NCBI GenBank assembly: GCA_964510805.1
Contig: CAZEDG010000002.1
Location: 7,653-71,652 of the forward strand
Direction: 5' to 3'
DNA: 64,000 nt
DNA from: an uncultured Candidatus Saccharibacteria bacterium
GTDB taxonomy: Bacteria; Patescibacteriota; Minisyncoccia; Phycocordibacterales; UBA5272
Shown one piece after another: positions 1 through 10,000 of this stretch. The notes below the pieces were generated by a model, which was not told the origin of the DNA, searched no databases, and saw nothing but the letters and a program-made list of their open reading frames with translations. Both the position numbers and the translations under genes were made by a program. The number at the start of each line of letters is the position of its first letter. Position 1 is the stretch's first letter.

Positions 1-649
1 TTTCTTCATTTACTGTTGGTGAAGAGATAGGTACACCATCGAGGAAGATTGATACTTGCTTGCCGATATTTTCTTTTGTGATCTTCGCAAAGAGTTCAGT
101 TCCTTTATCATCAAAAGCAAGCTCGACGAGAGGTCTGTTCGAAGTCTGGTCGAACATAAGTGTTGCCTTCTTGAGGTACGTTCCTGTCAGTTCTGTTCTC
201 TCGAAATTATTGATAAGATCATAGATTGTAGAAGAAGCACTGAGTGGCTTCGCATCTTTTTTCTCAGTACGGAACTCAAGCACTGGGGTCTCGCCAATAA
301 GCTTCGCAGCTTGATCAGTATCAGAAACACCAGGAAGCTCAACCACAAGTCTCCACTCATTCGCAAGGCGACTATATGAGGTAGTCACCGTTGGTTCACG
401 CACCCCAAAGAGGTTCACGCGGCGCTCGATCACATCACGAAGTGATGACACGCTGTCTTCTACATTCACATCTTTTGGAAGTTGTGTAGTGTCTACAGAA
501 TACGTAAGTGCTGCACCCCCTGCAAGATCAAGACCGAGGACGAAGTCTTTTTTGAACTCACCCTTAAAGAGCGTGTCCCCTTTCCATAACCAAATACCGA
601 TAATACTAATAAAGAGAAGTACCCAAAATGCTTGTATTTTATGCTTCAT
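1..649 (-). CDS. secD: Protein translocase subunit SecD, N-terminal part (runs off window start)
   Basis: Manual translation from ATG at 649: MKHKIQAFWVLL...LGLDLAGGAALTY...LRDVIERRVNLFGVREP...RLVVELPGVSD...IGETPVLEFR; these are SecD motifs. Confidence 0.92.
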   Translation of the reverse strand, partial: MKHKIQAFWVLLFISIIGIWLWKGDTLFKGEFKKDFVLGLDLAGGAALTYSVDTTQLPKDVNVEDSVSSLRDVIERRVNLFGVREPTVTTSYSRLANEWRLVVELPGVSDTDQAAKLIGETPVLEFRTEKKDAKPLSASSTIYDLINNFERTELTGTYLKKATLMFDQTSNRPLVELAFDDKGTELFAKITKENIGKQVSIFLDGVPISSPTVNEE

Positions 650-699
650 ACTAGGGGGATTCTACCATAAAGAGTAGATGAGAGACAACCAAAAGGGCC

Positions 700-927
700 A
701 GATGTTAGAAGTTAGACTTTAGATGTTAGAAAATACAGATAAGTTAATAGTTTGTAGTTAATGGTTAATTGTAGAGAAAGAGGAGTGAGGAGCAAAATAC
801 AAGTTAATAGTTTATGGTTAATAGTTACTGGTAAATACAGGAACACAAGAGCGAGGCCGAAGGCCTCGCTCGTGTGTGTGTTGTGTTTTTATCTAAACTC
901 TAAAGTCTAACTTCTAACATCTAGAGG
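700..927. repeat. Composite intergenic repeat: heptamer arms plus REP-like palindrome core (849-871)
   Basis: GAGCGAGGCC-GAA-GGCCTCGCTC core; (NNTTAGA)n and (TTAATAG)n blocks; left arm is the inverted complement of the right arm. Confidence 0.85.
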
Positions 928-2688
928 CTACCTAGTCTTCGCCTCTGCGACACCAATCACTGATTCTTTGAGTGCAACAATCACTGAAGTAAGTGATTGT
1001 TTTGCGCTATCTAGAATAGCACTGAAGTTAAGGTTAACCGCTGGTGGGGTGGCAGGGACAACATCGAATGAAAGACCTCCAACATCAGTGTCATAATCTT
1101 GTGTATGCAGAGTATGGCCAGGAAACCCATACCAGTAATAACTAAGTGTTTGTCGTGTACCAAGTGTATGAGTTCCCGCCGAAGCTGGTGCAGTTAAACT
1201 AAAACTAAATGGAAGAGTATATATATCACCAGAACCAACAAATGTCGGGGAACCGAGATTGCCAGTATTTACAAAAAATAATCCTGGAGGTGGGTTACCA
1301 GCATCAAATGTCGAATTATACGCACCATCACAGTCCCCTTCATCAGAACCTCCATAACCCGCATCTGTTTCGAGCAAAAGACTTCCTGATACTGTCATAG
1401 AATCTCCTGGAGCATAAGTTGGGTTCGTGCCGATAGATATTGTACACCAAAAAGAAATCTCACCCATTCTCCCCCATGTCGAAGAATAAAGAGTAAGCGC
1501 CTCCCCCTTCCCCACCGACATCATACTCATCGCAAGGAAAAACATAGATACTGATGCAACCTTTGCAAGCTTGCCACCTGATACTTTGCGAATAATAAGT
1601 GAAGCGATAATGATAAGAGCAAGTACAGCAATAAGGATATACATAAGTGTTGTGTTATTAGATTGTGGAGTAACTTCTTTCTTAGCAACACGAATCACGG
1701 AGAAGTTATCGGTCTTCTGGTCGAGACGATTGTTATCTTTGTCAAAGAGAGCAAGCGTAATTGTACCCTCCTTACATGTCGCCTTAAGTGTATCTTCGAT
1801 CACAGGAGTATCAAGATCTTTGTGTCCTTGGCCACACGGTGCACCACTCTTGTCCTTAAGCGTATACGTTGCTTTTGACCCCTTAAAAGGAGAAGCTCGT
1901 ACTGTAGCAACAAGGTTGAGTCCGTCTTTACCTTCGGTAACAGCAAGACTCTTAATGATTCCGTATGCACCAGGAACAAATATGTTAGTAAGACTTGTCT
2001 CCTTGGTCTTCTCATCCTTCACTACGAACACTCCACGCTTCACATCACTCTTAAGTGTAAAAGTCTTAGTCTCTCCTTTCTTAACCGTTGTTGTAGCAGA
2101 GAGAAGCGCTGTAGGACTAAAGAGTGCTTCATACTCGGCATAAGAGATTGACGCATCAGCTTTGAAGGTACAGGTTACCTTAAGAGCATCTTTTACTTGA
2201 GCACAATCAATGATAGTGCTTGTATTCTTAGGAACAAGATCCTTTGCAAGAATAGACACAGAGTATCTAAGTCCAGCATCACTCTCAGCAACGAGAAGCA
2301 CTTGTACCTTAGACGCATTAAGAGGAGGAAGGGTGTAGGTAAAAGGCTTGTAGATCATCTCTCCTTCCTTAAGAGAAGGAACAATGCCAAGCCTCTCATA
2401 CGAAATCTGCTTATGGGTAGTCGTGTCCACAACCACAATACCGTACCCTATACCATTCTGCATTCCCATATTGCTCATGATATTGAATCCTCCAGTGTAG
2501 GTACCGTTGGATTCCTTGAAGGTAACATCAACCACACGTACATCAGCAATAACTGATACTTTTGTCTTAGACACCGCACCTGACGGTGGTTGAGGGGCTC
2601 TTGTTTGTTGTGCCGGCGCTTGCGCATACACAAACGATGTTGCTAATAATAGGTAGGTAGAAATAATAAAGGTTGTGGACTTTTTCAT
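928..2688 (-). CDS. Secreted/membrane-anchored surface protein, copy 1 (586 aa)
   Basis: Signal peptide ending VYA-Q, beta-rich domain, internal TM helix (LMYILIAVLALIIIASLII). Confidence 0.8.
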   Translation of the reverse strand: MKKSTTFIISTYLLLATSFVYAQAPAQQTRAPQPPSGAVSKTKVSVIADVRVVDVTFKESNGTYTGGFNIMSNMGMQNGIGYGIVVVDTTTHKQISYERLGIVPSLKEGEMIYKPFTYTLPPLNASKVQVLLVAESDAGLRYSVSILAKDLVPKNTSTIIDCAQVKDALKVTCTFKADASISYAEYEALFSPTALLSATTTVKKGETKTFTLKSDVKRGVFVVKDEKTKETSLTNIFVPGAYGIIKSLAVTEGKDGLNLVATVRASPFKGSKATYTLKDKSGAPCGQGHKDLDTPVIEDTLKATCKEGTITLALFDKDNNRLDQKTDNFSVIRVAKKEVTPQSNNTTLMYILIAVLALIIIASLIIRKVSGGKLAKVASVSMFFLAMSMMSVGKGEALTLYSSTWGRMGEISFWCTISIGTNPTYAPGDSMTVSGSLLLETDAGYGGSDEGDCDGAYNSTFDAGNPPPGLFFVNTGNLGSPTFVGSGDIYTLPFSFSLTAPASAGTHTLGTRQTLSYYWYGFPGHTLHTQDYDTDVGGLSFDVVPATPPAVNLNFSAILDSAKQSLTSVIVALKESVIGVAEAKTR

Positions 2689-2915
2689 ACTACTTAGTAT
2701 ATATGGAAGAAGATAAGATTAACGAGGAAGTTGTACACAGATGGTAATGAGAGTGAAGAATGAAGTTAAACTAGATGTTAGAAAAGCGGATAACAGACCG
2801 CTCCGCTACAGACAACAGATAATAGACAATACACACGAGCGAGGCCGAAGGCCTCGCTCGTGTGTGTGTTGTGTTTTTATCTAAACTCTAAAGTCTAACT
2901 TCTAACATCTAGAGG

Positions 2916-4676
2916 CTACCTAGTCTTCGCCTCTGCGACACCAATCACTGATTCTTTGAGTGCAACAATCACTGAAGTAAGTGATTGTTTTGCGCTATCT
3001 AGAATAGCACTGAAGTTAAGGTTAACCGCTGGTGGGGTGGCAGGGACAACATCGAATGAAAGACCTCCAACATCAGTGTCATAATCTTGTGTATGCAGAG
3101 TATGGCCAGGAAACCCATACCAGTAATAACTAAGTGTTTGTCGTGTACCAAGTGTATGAGTTCCCGCCGAAGCTGGTGCAGTTAAACTAAAACTAAATGG
3201 AAGAGTATATATATCACCAGAACCAACAAATGTCGGGGAACCGAGATTGCCAGTATTTACAAAAAATAATCCTGGAGGTGGGTTACCAGCATCAAATGTC
3301 GAATTATACGCACCATCACAGTCCCCTTCATCAGAACCTCCATAACCCGCATCTGTTTCGAGCAAAAGACTTCCTGATACTGTCATAGAATCTCCTGGAG
3401 CATAAGTTGGGTTCGTGCCGATAGATATTGTACACCAAAAAGAAATCTCACCCATTCTCCCCCATGTCGAAGAATAAAGAGTAAGCGCCTCCCCCTTCCC
3501 CACCGACATCATACTCATCGCAAGGAAAAACATAGATACTGATGCAACCTTTGCAAGCTTGCCACCTGATACTTTGCGAATAATAAGTGAAGCGATAATG
3601 ATAAGAGCAAGTACAGCAATAAGGATATACATAAGTGTTGTGTTATTAGATTGTGGAGTAACTTCTTTCTTAGCAACACGAATCACGGAGAAGTTATCGG
3701 TCTTCTGGTCGAGACGATTGTTATCTTTGTCAAAGAGAGCAAGCGTAATTGTACCCTCCTTACATGTCGCCTTAAGTGTATCTTCGATCACAGGAGTATC
3801 AAGATCTTTGTGTCCTTGGCCACACGGTGCACCACTCTTGTCCTTAAGCGTATACGTTGCTTTTGACCCCTTAAAAGGAGAAGCTCGTACTGTAGCAACA
3901 AGGTTGAGTCCGTCTTTACCTTCGGTAACAGCAAGACTCTTAATGATTCCGTATGCACCAGGAACAAATATGTTAGTAAGACTTGTCTCCTTGGTCTTCT
4001 CATCCTTCACTACGAACACTCCACGCTTCACATCACTCTTAAGTGTAAAAGTCTTAGTCTCTCCTTTCTTAACCGTTGTTGTAGCAGAGAGAAGCGCTGT
4101 AGGACTAAAGAGTGCTTCATACTCGGCATAAGAGATTGACGCATCAGCTTTGAAGGTACAGGTTACCTTAAGAGCATCTTTTACTTGAGCACAATCAATG
4201 ATAGTGCTTGTATTCTTAGGAACAAGATCCTTTGCAAGAATAGACACAGAGTATCTAAGTCCAGCATCACTCTCAGCAACGAGAAGCACTTGTACCTTAG
4301 ACGCATTAAGAGGAGGAAGGGTGTAGGTAAAAGGCTTGTAGATCATCTCTCCTTCCTTAAGAGAAGGAACAATGCCAAGCCTCTCATACGAAATCTGCTT
4401 ATGGGTAGTCGTGTCCACAACCACAATACCGTACCCTATACCATTCTGCATTCCCATATTGCTCATGATATTGAATCCTCCAGTGTAGGTACCGTTGGAT
4501 TCCTTGAAGGTAACATCAACCACACGTACATCAGCAATAACTGATACTTTTGTCTTAGACACCGCACCTGACGGTGGTTGAGGGGCTCTTGTTTGTTGTG
4601 CCGGCGCTTGCGCATACACAAACGATGTTGCTAATAATAGGTAGGTAGAAATAATAAAGGTTGTGGACTTTTTCAT
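2916..4676 (-). CDS. Secreted/membrane-anchored surface protein, copy 2 (identical to copy 1)
   Basis: Same 586-aa translation. Confidence 0.8.
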   Translation of the reverse strand: MKKSTTFIISTYLLLATSFVYAQAPAQQTRAPQPPSGAVSKTKVSVIADVRVVDVTFKESNGTYTGGFNIMSNMGMQNGIGYGIVVVDTTTHKQISYERLGIVPSLKEGEMIYKPFTYTLPPLNASKVQVLLVAESDAGLRYSVSILAKDLVPKNTSTIIDCAQVKDALKVTCTFKADASISYAEYEALFSPTALLSATTTVKKGETKTFTLKSDVKRGVFVVKDEKTKETSLTNIFVPGAYGIIKSLAVTEGKDGLNLVATVRASPFKGSKATYTLKDKSGAPCGQGHKDLDTPVIEDTLKATCKEGTITLALFDKDNNRLDQKTDNFSVIRVAKKEVTPQSNNTTLMYILIAVLALIIIASLIIRKVSGGKLAKVASVSMFFLAMSMMSVGKGEALTLYSSTWGRMGEISFWCTISIGTNPTYAPGDSMTVSGSLLLETDAGYGGSDEGDCDGAYNSTFDAGNPPPGLFFVNTGNLGSPTFVGSGDIYTLPFSFSLTAPASAGTHTLGTRQTLSYYWYGFPGHTLHTQDYDTDVGGLSFDVVPATPPAVNLNFSAILDSAKQSLTSVIVALKESVIGVAEAKTR

Positions 4677-4732
4677 ACTACTTAGTATATATGGAAGAAG
4701 ATAAGATTAACGAGGAAGTTGTACACAGATGG

Positions 4733-4852
4733 AAGGAGGTAACTAGATGTTAGATATTAGATATTAGACTTTAGATATTAGAAAATACAGATAAGTTAAT
4801 AGTTAATAGTAAACACAAGAACACAAGAGCGAGGCTGTAGGCCTCGCTCTTT
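4733..4852. repeat. Composite intergenic repeat (core 4827-4849)
   Basis: (ATTAGAT)n and (TTAATAG)n arms followed by GAGCGAGGCT-GTA-GGCCTCGCTC. Confidence 0.85.
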
Positions 4853-5010
4853 GAAGTTAAGAAACCAGAGGGCTTGCCTCTCTGTTTCAATCGGGATTAA
4901 CCCATTTGTATTCTCAGTATATATCTTACAAGGTATTTGTCGAATTACTATTCTTCTCCTATTTTATCTTCTCCTATTTTAAAATAGTTTTCATAATATC
5001 GAGATTAAGT

Positions 5011-5062
5011 AAAAAAGCCCCCAACGAAGACGGAACTTCATAAGGGTCTTTTTCGTAGTGAT
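5011..5062 (-). ncRNA. Putative small hairpin RNA upstream of and antisense to the NYN gene
   Basis: TATACT (5069-5074), 6-nt gap, ATCACTACGAAAAAG..., stem-loop, U-run. Confidence 0.4.
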
Positions 5063-5122
5063 GTAGGTAGTATACACCTATTTAGAAATAAAAAAGGATA
5101 TTCCACATGCTACAATAAAAAT

Positions 5123-5617
5123 ATGAAAAATAACTATGCTTTTATAGATAGTCAAAATGTTTATCTTTCTGTAAAAGAACAAGGGTGGCAAATAGACTGG
5201 AAAAAATTTCGTATTTATTTACGTTTTAAATATAATATTTCAAAAGCATATTTATGTATTGGTTATATTGAAGGTAATAGTGATCTTTACAAAGAATTAC
5301 AAGAAGCTGGTTTTATTTGTATTTGGAAAACAGTTTTAAAATATAAAGATGGAATGATTAAAGGAAATGTAGACGCAGAACTAGTTCTTAATACTATGAT
5401 TGAAAAAGATAATTTCAACAAGGCTGTTATTATTTCTGGTGATGGAGATTTTTTTTGTTTAATTGAACACCTTCTAAAAATAAATAAACTAGAAAAATTA
5501 CTTATACCTAACAAACAAAAATATTCTGCACTTCTTAAAAGAAAAGATATACGTGGTCACACAGACTTTATAAGTGATTTAAAAAATAAAATCGGCAATA
5601 CTAGAGCTAAAAAATAA
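5123..5617 (+). CDS. NYN domain protein (LabA/DUF88, PIN-like fold nuclease)
   Basis: FIDSQN, KGNVDAEL and ISGDGDF acidic motifs; AT-rich. Confidence 0.9.
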   Translation: MKNNYAFIDSQNVYLSVKEQGWQIDWKKFRIYLRFKYNISKAYLCIGYIEGNSDLYKELQEAGFICIWKTVLKYKDGMIKGNVDAELVLNTMIEKDNFNKAVIISGDGDFFCLIEHLLKINKLEKLLIPNKQKYSALLKRKDIRGHTDFISDLKNKIGNTRAKK

Positions 5618-5675
5618 AAAAAGGACCTTTCAGGCATATCATGCGTCCTGAAAGGTTATCCTTTTCGTTGGTGAT
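5616..5675 (-). ncRNA. Putative small hairpin RNA convergent with the NYN gene
   Basis: TTGACA(5704-5709)-16 nt-TATACT(5682-5687), 6-nt gap, ATCACCAACGAAAAGG..., stem-loop, U-run. Confidence 0.5.
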
Positions 5676-5927
5676 ATGTAAAGTATATCTAAATATAAAA
5701 CAATGTCAAGAATTACAAAACATAGAGAACATAAGAAGTCGACAAAAGCGTTAAGAAAAGCACTTGACAAAACAAAAGGATTCGTGTATAATCTACTACA
5801 GACCTTGTTGGCTTTTCTGATAGCAATGTCTAAGAAGCCAAAAGGAGTCCTTCACAAGATATTCGCAAGAATATCGCGTGGAGTTCCTGCAATTTCTCAA
5901 TTTTCCAACTTCGAAAGGAGGCCACAC

Positions 5928-6854
5928 ATGGCCACGTTCATCCGTCGCACCTTCGGCGCGACTCACTCCCTCATTGCAAAGATCCTTGTGATCTTCGCGC
6001 TGGGGATGATCCTCGTCGCCTGCGGTGGTGGCGGGTCCTCGACCCCGACGACCCCCACTCCGCCGGTCAAGACCCCGGTCGCCGGCGACTTCACGATGAC
6101 CCAGAACCCGTCGAACGGAGCAACCGGTGTCGCCGTGAACGTCAAGCCGACGATCACGATCAACGTGAAGGCCGGTACCTATGCCTCGGCGTCTTCGACC
6201 GAGACGTGCGCCGGGCAGACCGTCGAATCGGCGTTTGTTGCGCCGACAGTCTTCACCGGCACGGTTGAGCTTGCCTTGGTCAACAAGGCAAACTTGCCGT
6301 ATGCCACGACATGCGCGTGGAACGGCTCGGTGACTGTCGCTGGGATTGACGGTGGAGCTTCCTCCACCCAAAACTTCAGCCTCAGTTTCACCACCGAGAA
6401 CTGGTGGCCACCCAAGAAGGTGCTCGAGATCGGCGTGAAGGGTGGCGACACCCCTCCGCAAGAGATCCCGATGGAGACCAATCCGACCAACACCCCCGCC
6501 ATCGGCGGTGATGTATGGAAAGCGAAGGTTGCCGACACCACTATCCAAGGGTTCAAAGTTGGCATGAAGTTGACAGGCGTCAACAATGATGAGCTGTACG
6601 GCATGGTCTTTGTCAACCCATTGACGAAAAACCGTTGTGTTGCTCTTGTTTACGCGAAGGATGGTACCAGTATCTTCCAGGATCCTCGCAACTACGGAGG
6701 ATGCAGGACAACTATGTTCGATGCTTGGTGGGGAACCTCTGATGGGTATATCCTGCGTTACCCTTCACTCAGTAATCGCTGTTACAAGACAGTTTTCGTA
6801 CCCTCAAACGGTGGTTTCCAAGAAATCCTTCCTGACGTTCCTTGCCCAAATTAA
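5928..6854 (+). CDS. Lipoprotein with Ig-like (Big_5/SbsA-like) domain
   Basis: AGGAGG before ATG 5928; lipobox LVAC-GGGGSS; NPSNGATGVAVN motif; GC-rich 5' part. Confidence 0.75.
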   Translation: MATFIRRTFGATHSLIAKILVIFALGMILVACGGGGSSTPTTPTPPVKTPVAGDFTMTQNPSNGATGVAVNVKPTITINVKAGTYASASSTETCAGQTVESAFVAPTVFTGTVELALVNKANLPYATTCAWNGSVTVAGIDGGASSTQNFSLSFTTENWWPPKKVLEIGVKGGDTPPQEIPMETNPTNTPAIGGDVWKAKVADTTIQGFKVGMKLTGVNNDELYGMVFVNPLTKNRCVALVYAKDGTSIFQDPRNYGGCRTTMFDAWWGTSDGYILRYPSLSNRCYKTVFVPSNGGFQEILPDVPCPN

Positions 6855-7010
6855 GATCTGACCCAATAGTTAGATCTGACGCGCTATCTTCACCGATGGC
6901 GCGTTTCTTTTTATAAATAAGTGAATAACTGTACTTCATGATACTTATATGGTGCTATACTCCTTGTATAGCTTCTATATTTTTACTAATCACAATTTTT
7001 GTACATTAAC

Positions 7011-10000
7011 ATGATGAATTTTATTAACAAAGTTTTCCTGGGAAGTATGTTTGTAATCGCATTACTTCTTCTGTCATCTCATATTGAAATAGTCTATGCA
7101 GGCAATACAAAAACTGCAACATATGGAGACCCTCTACAACTTAACTATAATACTTCTGGAGTAAATAGTTGTAACAATATAGATGTTCCTGGAGGTGGCG
7201 GGTATGCACTAAATGGATCAGTTTCAGCAAACTCTTCGGGTAATTTTGATCCTGGCAACGCTTCTGTTGGTGGTATTTTTACTCTTACTTGTATAGCCAC
7301 AAACGGATCAGGCCCAGCGTCAGACTCTGCCACCCTCACCGTTAACCCTCTCTCTTGTTCCCCTGGTCAATACACCACAGGATCATCGTGTGTTAATTGT
7401 GGTCAAGGATACTACTGTCCCGGAGGAACAACAGCTCGACAAAATTGTGAACCAGGATATTACTGTCCAGGGACAACCGAATCAGATCACACCCCTTGCT
7501 TAGGAGGATGGTCATCTGGATGGAATTCTACCGTATGTAACCCACCATCATGTTACGCTGGAGAGTACTGGGGAGGTTCCTCGTGTCTCACTTGTACAGC
7601 AGGTAACTACTGTCCAGGAGATCAAACCTCTCACCCTTGTGCCGATGGATATACTTCTTCAGGAGGAGCGTCGAGCTGTTCTCCTCGTTGTACTCCAGGT
7701 AACTACTGGACCGGTGGATCAGGTGGATCCTGTGCAACATGCCCTCAAGGAAAAACATGTGATGGTACCACTACTCAGACACCCTGTCCTGCAGGAAAGA
7801 TATGTGATCTAGGTACTGCTCCTGGTGGCGGAACTCTCTGTACTGTAGGAAACTACTGTCCGTCTGGCACAACCCCTGGAGGAGGAGTTCAACCGCCACA
7901 AGCGTGCGGTGGCGGAATGACTTCTAACCCTGGTGCCACCAACTCTAGTCAATGTTTCCTCCCAAGTTGTTCTCCTGGGCAATACCTCAACGCTTCTTCT
8001 TGTGAGCAATGTACCGCAGGATACTGGTGTGATGGAAGTGGTTCACGTACTCCATGTTCAGCAGGAACATACTGTCCAGCAGGGACAGAACCAAGTGGAG
8101 TAAACGGTCCAAAAACATGCCCTCAAAATAGTTACTGTCCTGCACAATCAGGATCCCCTACTTCATGTGAAACTGTTGGTGCCGGATATGTAACCAATAG
8201 TGGAGGCGCAACCAACGCAGGACAATGTCACGCGCCGTCGTGTACTTCAGGTGACTATTGGAACGGATCATCCTGTACCACGTGTACCGCAGGATACTAT
8301 TGTGATGGAACAAGCGGAGGAAGAACTCCATGTCCGGAAAAATTCTATTGTGGACCAGGGACTACAGAACCAACTAATCCATCTAATCCTCCTCGGACAT
8401 GTACCGCTGGATATATGTGTGACGCAGGTACCACAGACTCTGGGGCAGGAAGTCCTACTCCATGTACTCAAGATCACTTCTGTACGGGGGGAAACTCAGG
8501 TCCAAGTGGATCAAACCCTCCAACGGCCTGCTCAACAATTGGTACGGACTTTGTAACAACTGGAACAGGCGCGACAGCGTCTACTGATTGTCATTTGCCA
8601 TATTGTCCATCTGGTAACTACTGGAATACAGGTACTCATGCTTGCGCTACTTGTCCAGAGGGAAAAATCTGTGACGGAACAAGTGCACCTCAACCATGTA
8701 CAGCAGGATATTATTGTCCAGCAGGAACAAAACCAAGTGGTGTAGATGGTCCAAGGAACTGTCCGGTAGGATCATGGTGTGATGGAAATGACGGTAGTGG
8801 TGGCGGTAACACTTCTAATAATGGTGGCTACCCTCCGCAACCATGTTTAGGAGGACTTACTTCTCCAGAAAACTCTATTTCTTCTGGTGCATGTCGTCCA
8901 CCGACATGTCCTTCTGGAGAATACTGGAATAGCACCGCTAGTTCATGTAAACCATGTACTTCTGGTAATTACTGTGGTGGAGATGGAACACAAACTCCAT
9001 GTCCTCCAGGATTCGTATGTGGTCCAACTACAACACAACCAGGTGGAACAAACCCGCCACACTCATGTCCTGCAGGATCTTCCTGTCCTGGTGGAAACAC
9101 CGATCCGGCAGACACTGACACTAACACCAATCCGCCTATCGTCTGTACTGCTAACCACTACTGTCCAACGGGACCAATTATTACCGATCCAGGAACAGAT
9201 AACCCTCTTCCTTGTCCAGAAGGCAAATGGTCAACCGTTGGATCTTCACAACTATCTGACTGTCAGTCATCTAACCCAAGTGGGCCAGACTTAACTATTG
9301 ATACTATCTATCCAACAACTGTGACATCAGGTGTAATGACTACCTTCTATACCACCATTGAGAACAGAGGTACGACTAATACCGGGGCATCATTCTATAA
9401 CCTTGTGTACTTTGCAGATCAAACAGATGGCAATGGAACTATTTCTACAACAACTCCATACAACGGTCTCTACCCTGCATACTATACCGGCAAGATGGGA
9501 ATACTTGGGGTAAGCGAAGCGACAACAACATCAGCACGTCACGCATTCACTGCACCTGGATCAGTAAAATTCTGTACAGACAAGCAAAACCAAAATGATG
9601 CGACCGGGCTTGTAAACGAAGGAACAGGAGAAAACAACAACTGTACCGGATGGATCAATATCGCCATCTCAGGAGTAAGTTCTTGTTCCCCTGGAATGTA
9701 TAACAACGGCAGTTGTGTTGCTTGTCCTCCAGGTAACTTCTGTTCAGGAGGAACTACTCCTTCCCCATGTCCTTCTAACACCTACTGTGACGGTGCTGGC
9801 CCTGGCGGAATCGGTAACACCCCTCCTGGTGGAATCTATCCTCCTGTATCATGTAGTGGTGGATTCGTCTCTCCGCAAGGATCAGGTAGTTCAGGATCTT
9901 GTGTCTCAGGCGGATCGCCATCTGGTACCCTTACCTCATCATCTAACTCATGTACTATTGCAACAGAAGACTCAACATGTGATGTAACCATGAGCTGGTC

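Larger units (their letters stand above)
849..4732. repeat. Tandem direct duplication 849-2744 / 2837-4732 (offset 1988 bp)
   Basis: Identical ORF translations and matching flanks; both copies begin at the REP-like palindrome. Confidence 0.95.

Noticed and set aside
849-4732. Diversity-generating retroelement template/variable repeat pair
   Set aside because: The copies are whole-gene and translate identically; no adenine-specific differences seen and no reverse transcriptase.
5011-5675. Hammerhead ribozymes flanking NYN
   Set aside because: CGAAA is present but no CUGANGA core could be found in the right context.
5703-5927. N-terminal extension of the lipoprotein ORF, and antisense ORF 5796-6548
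   Set aside because: RBS and lipobox place the start at 5928; the antisense ORF is a shadow of GC-rich codons.
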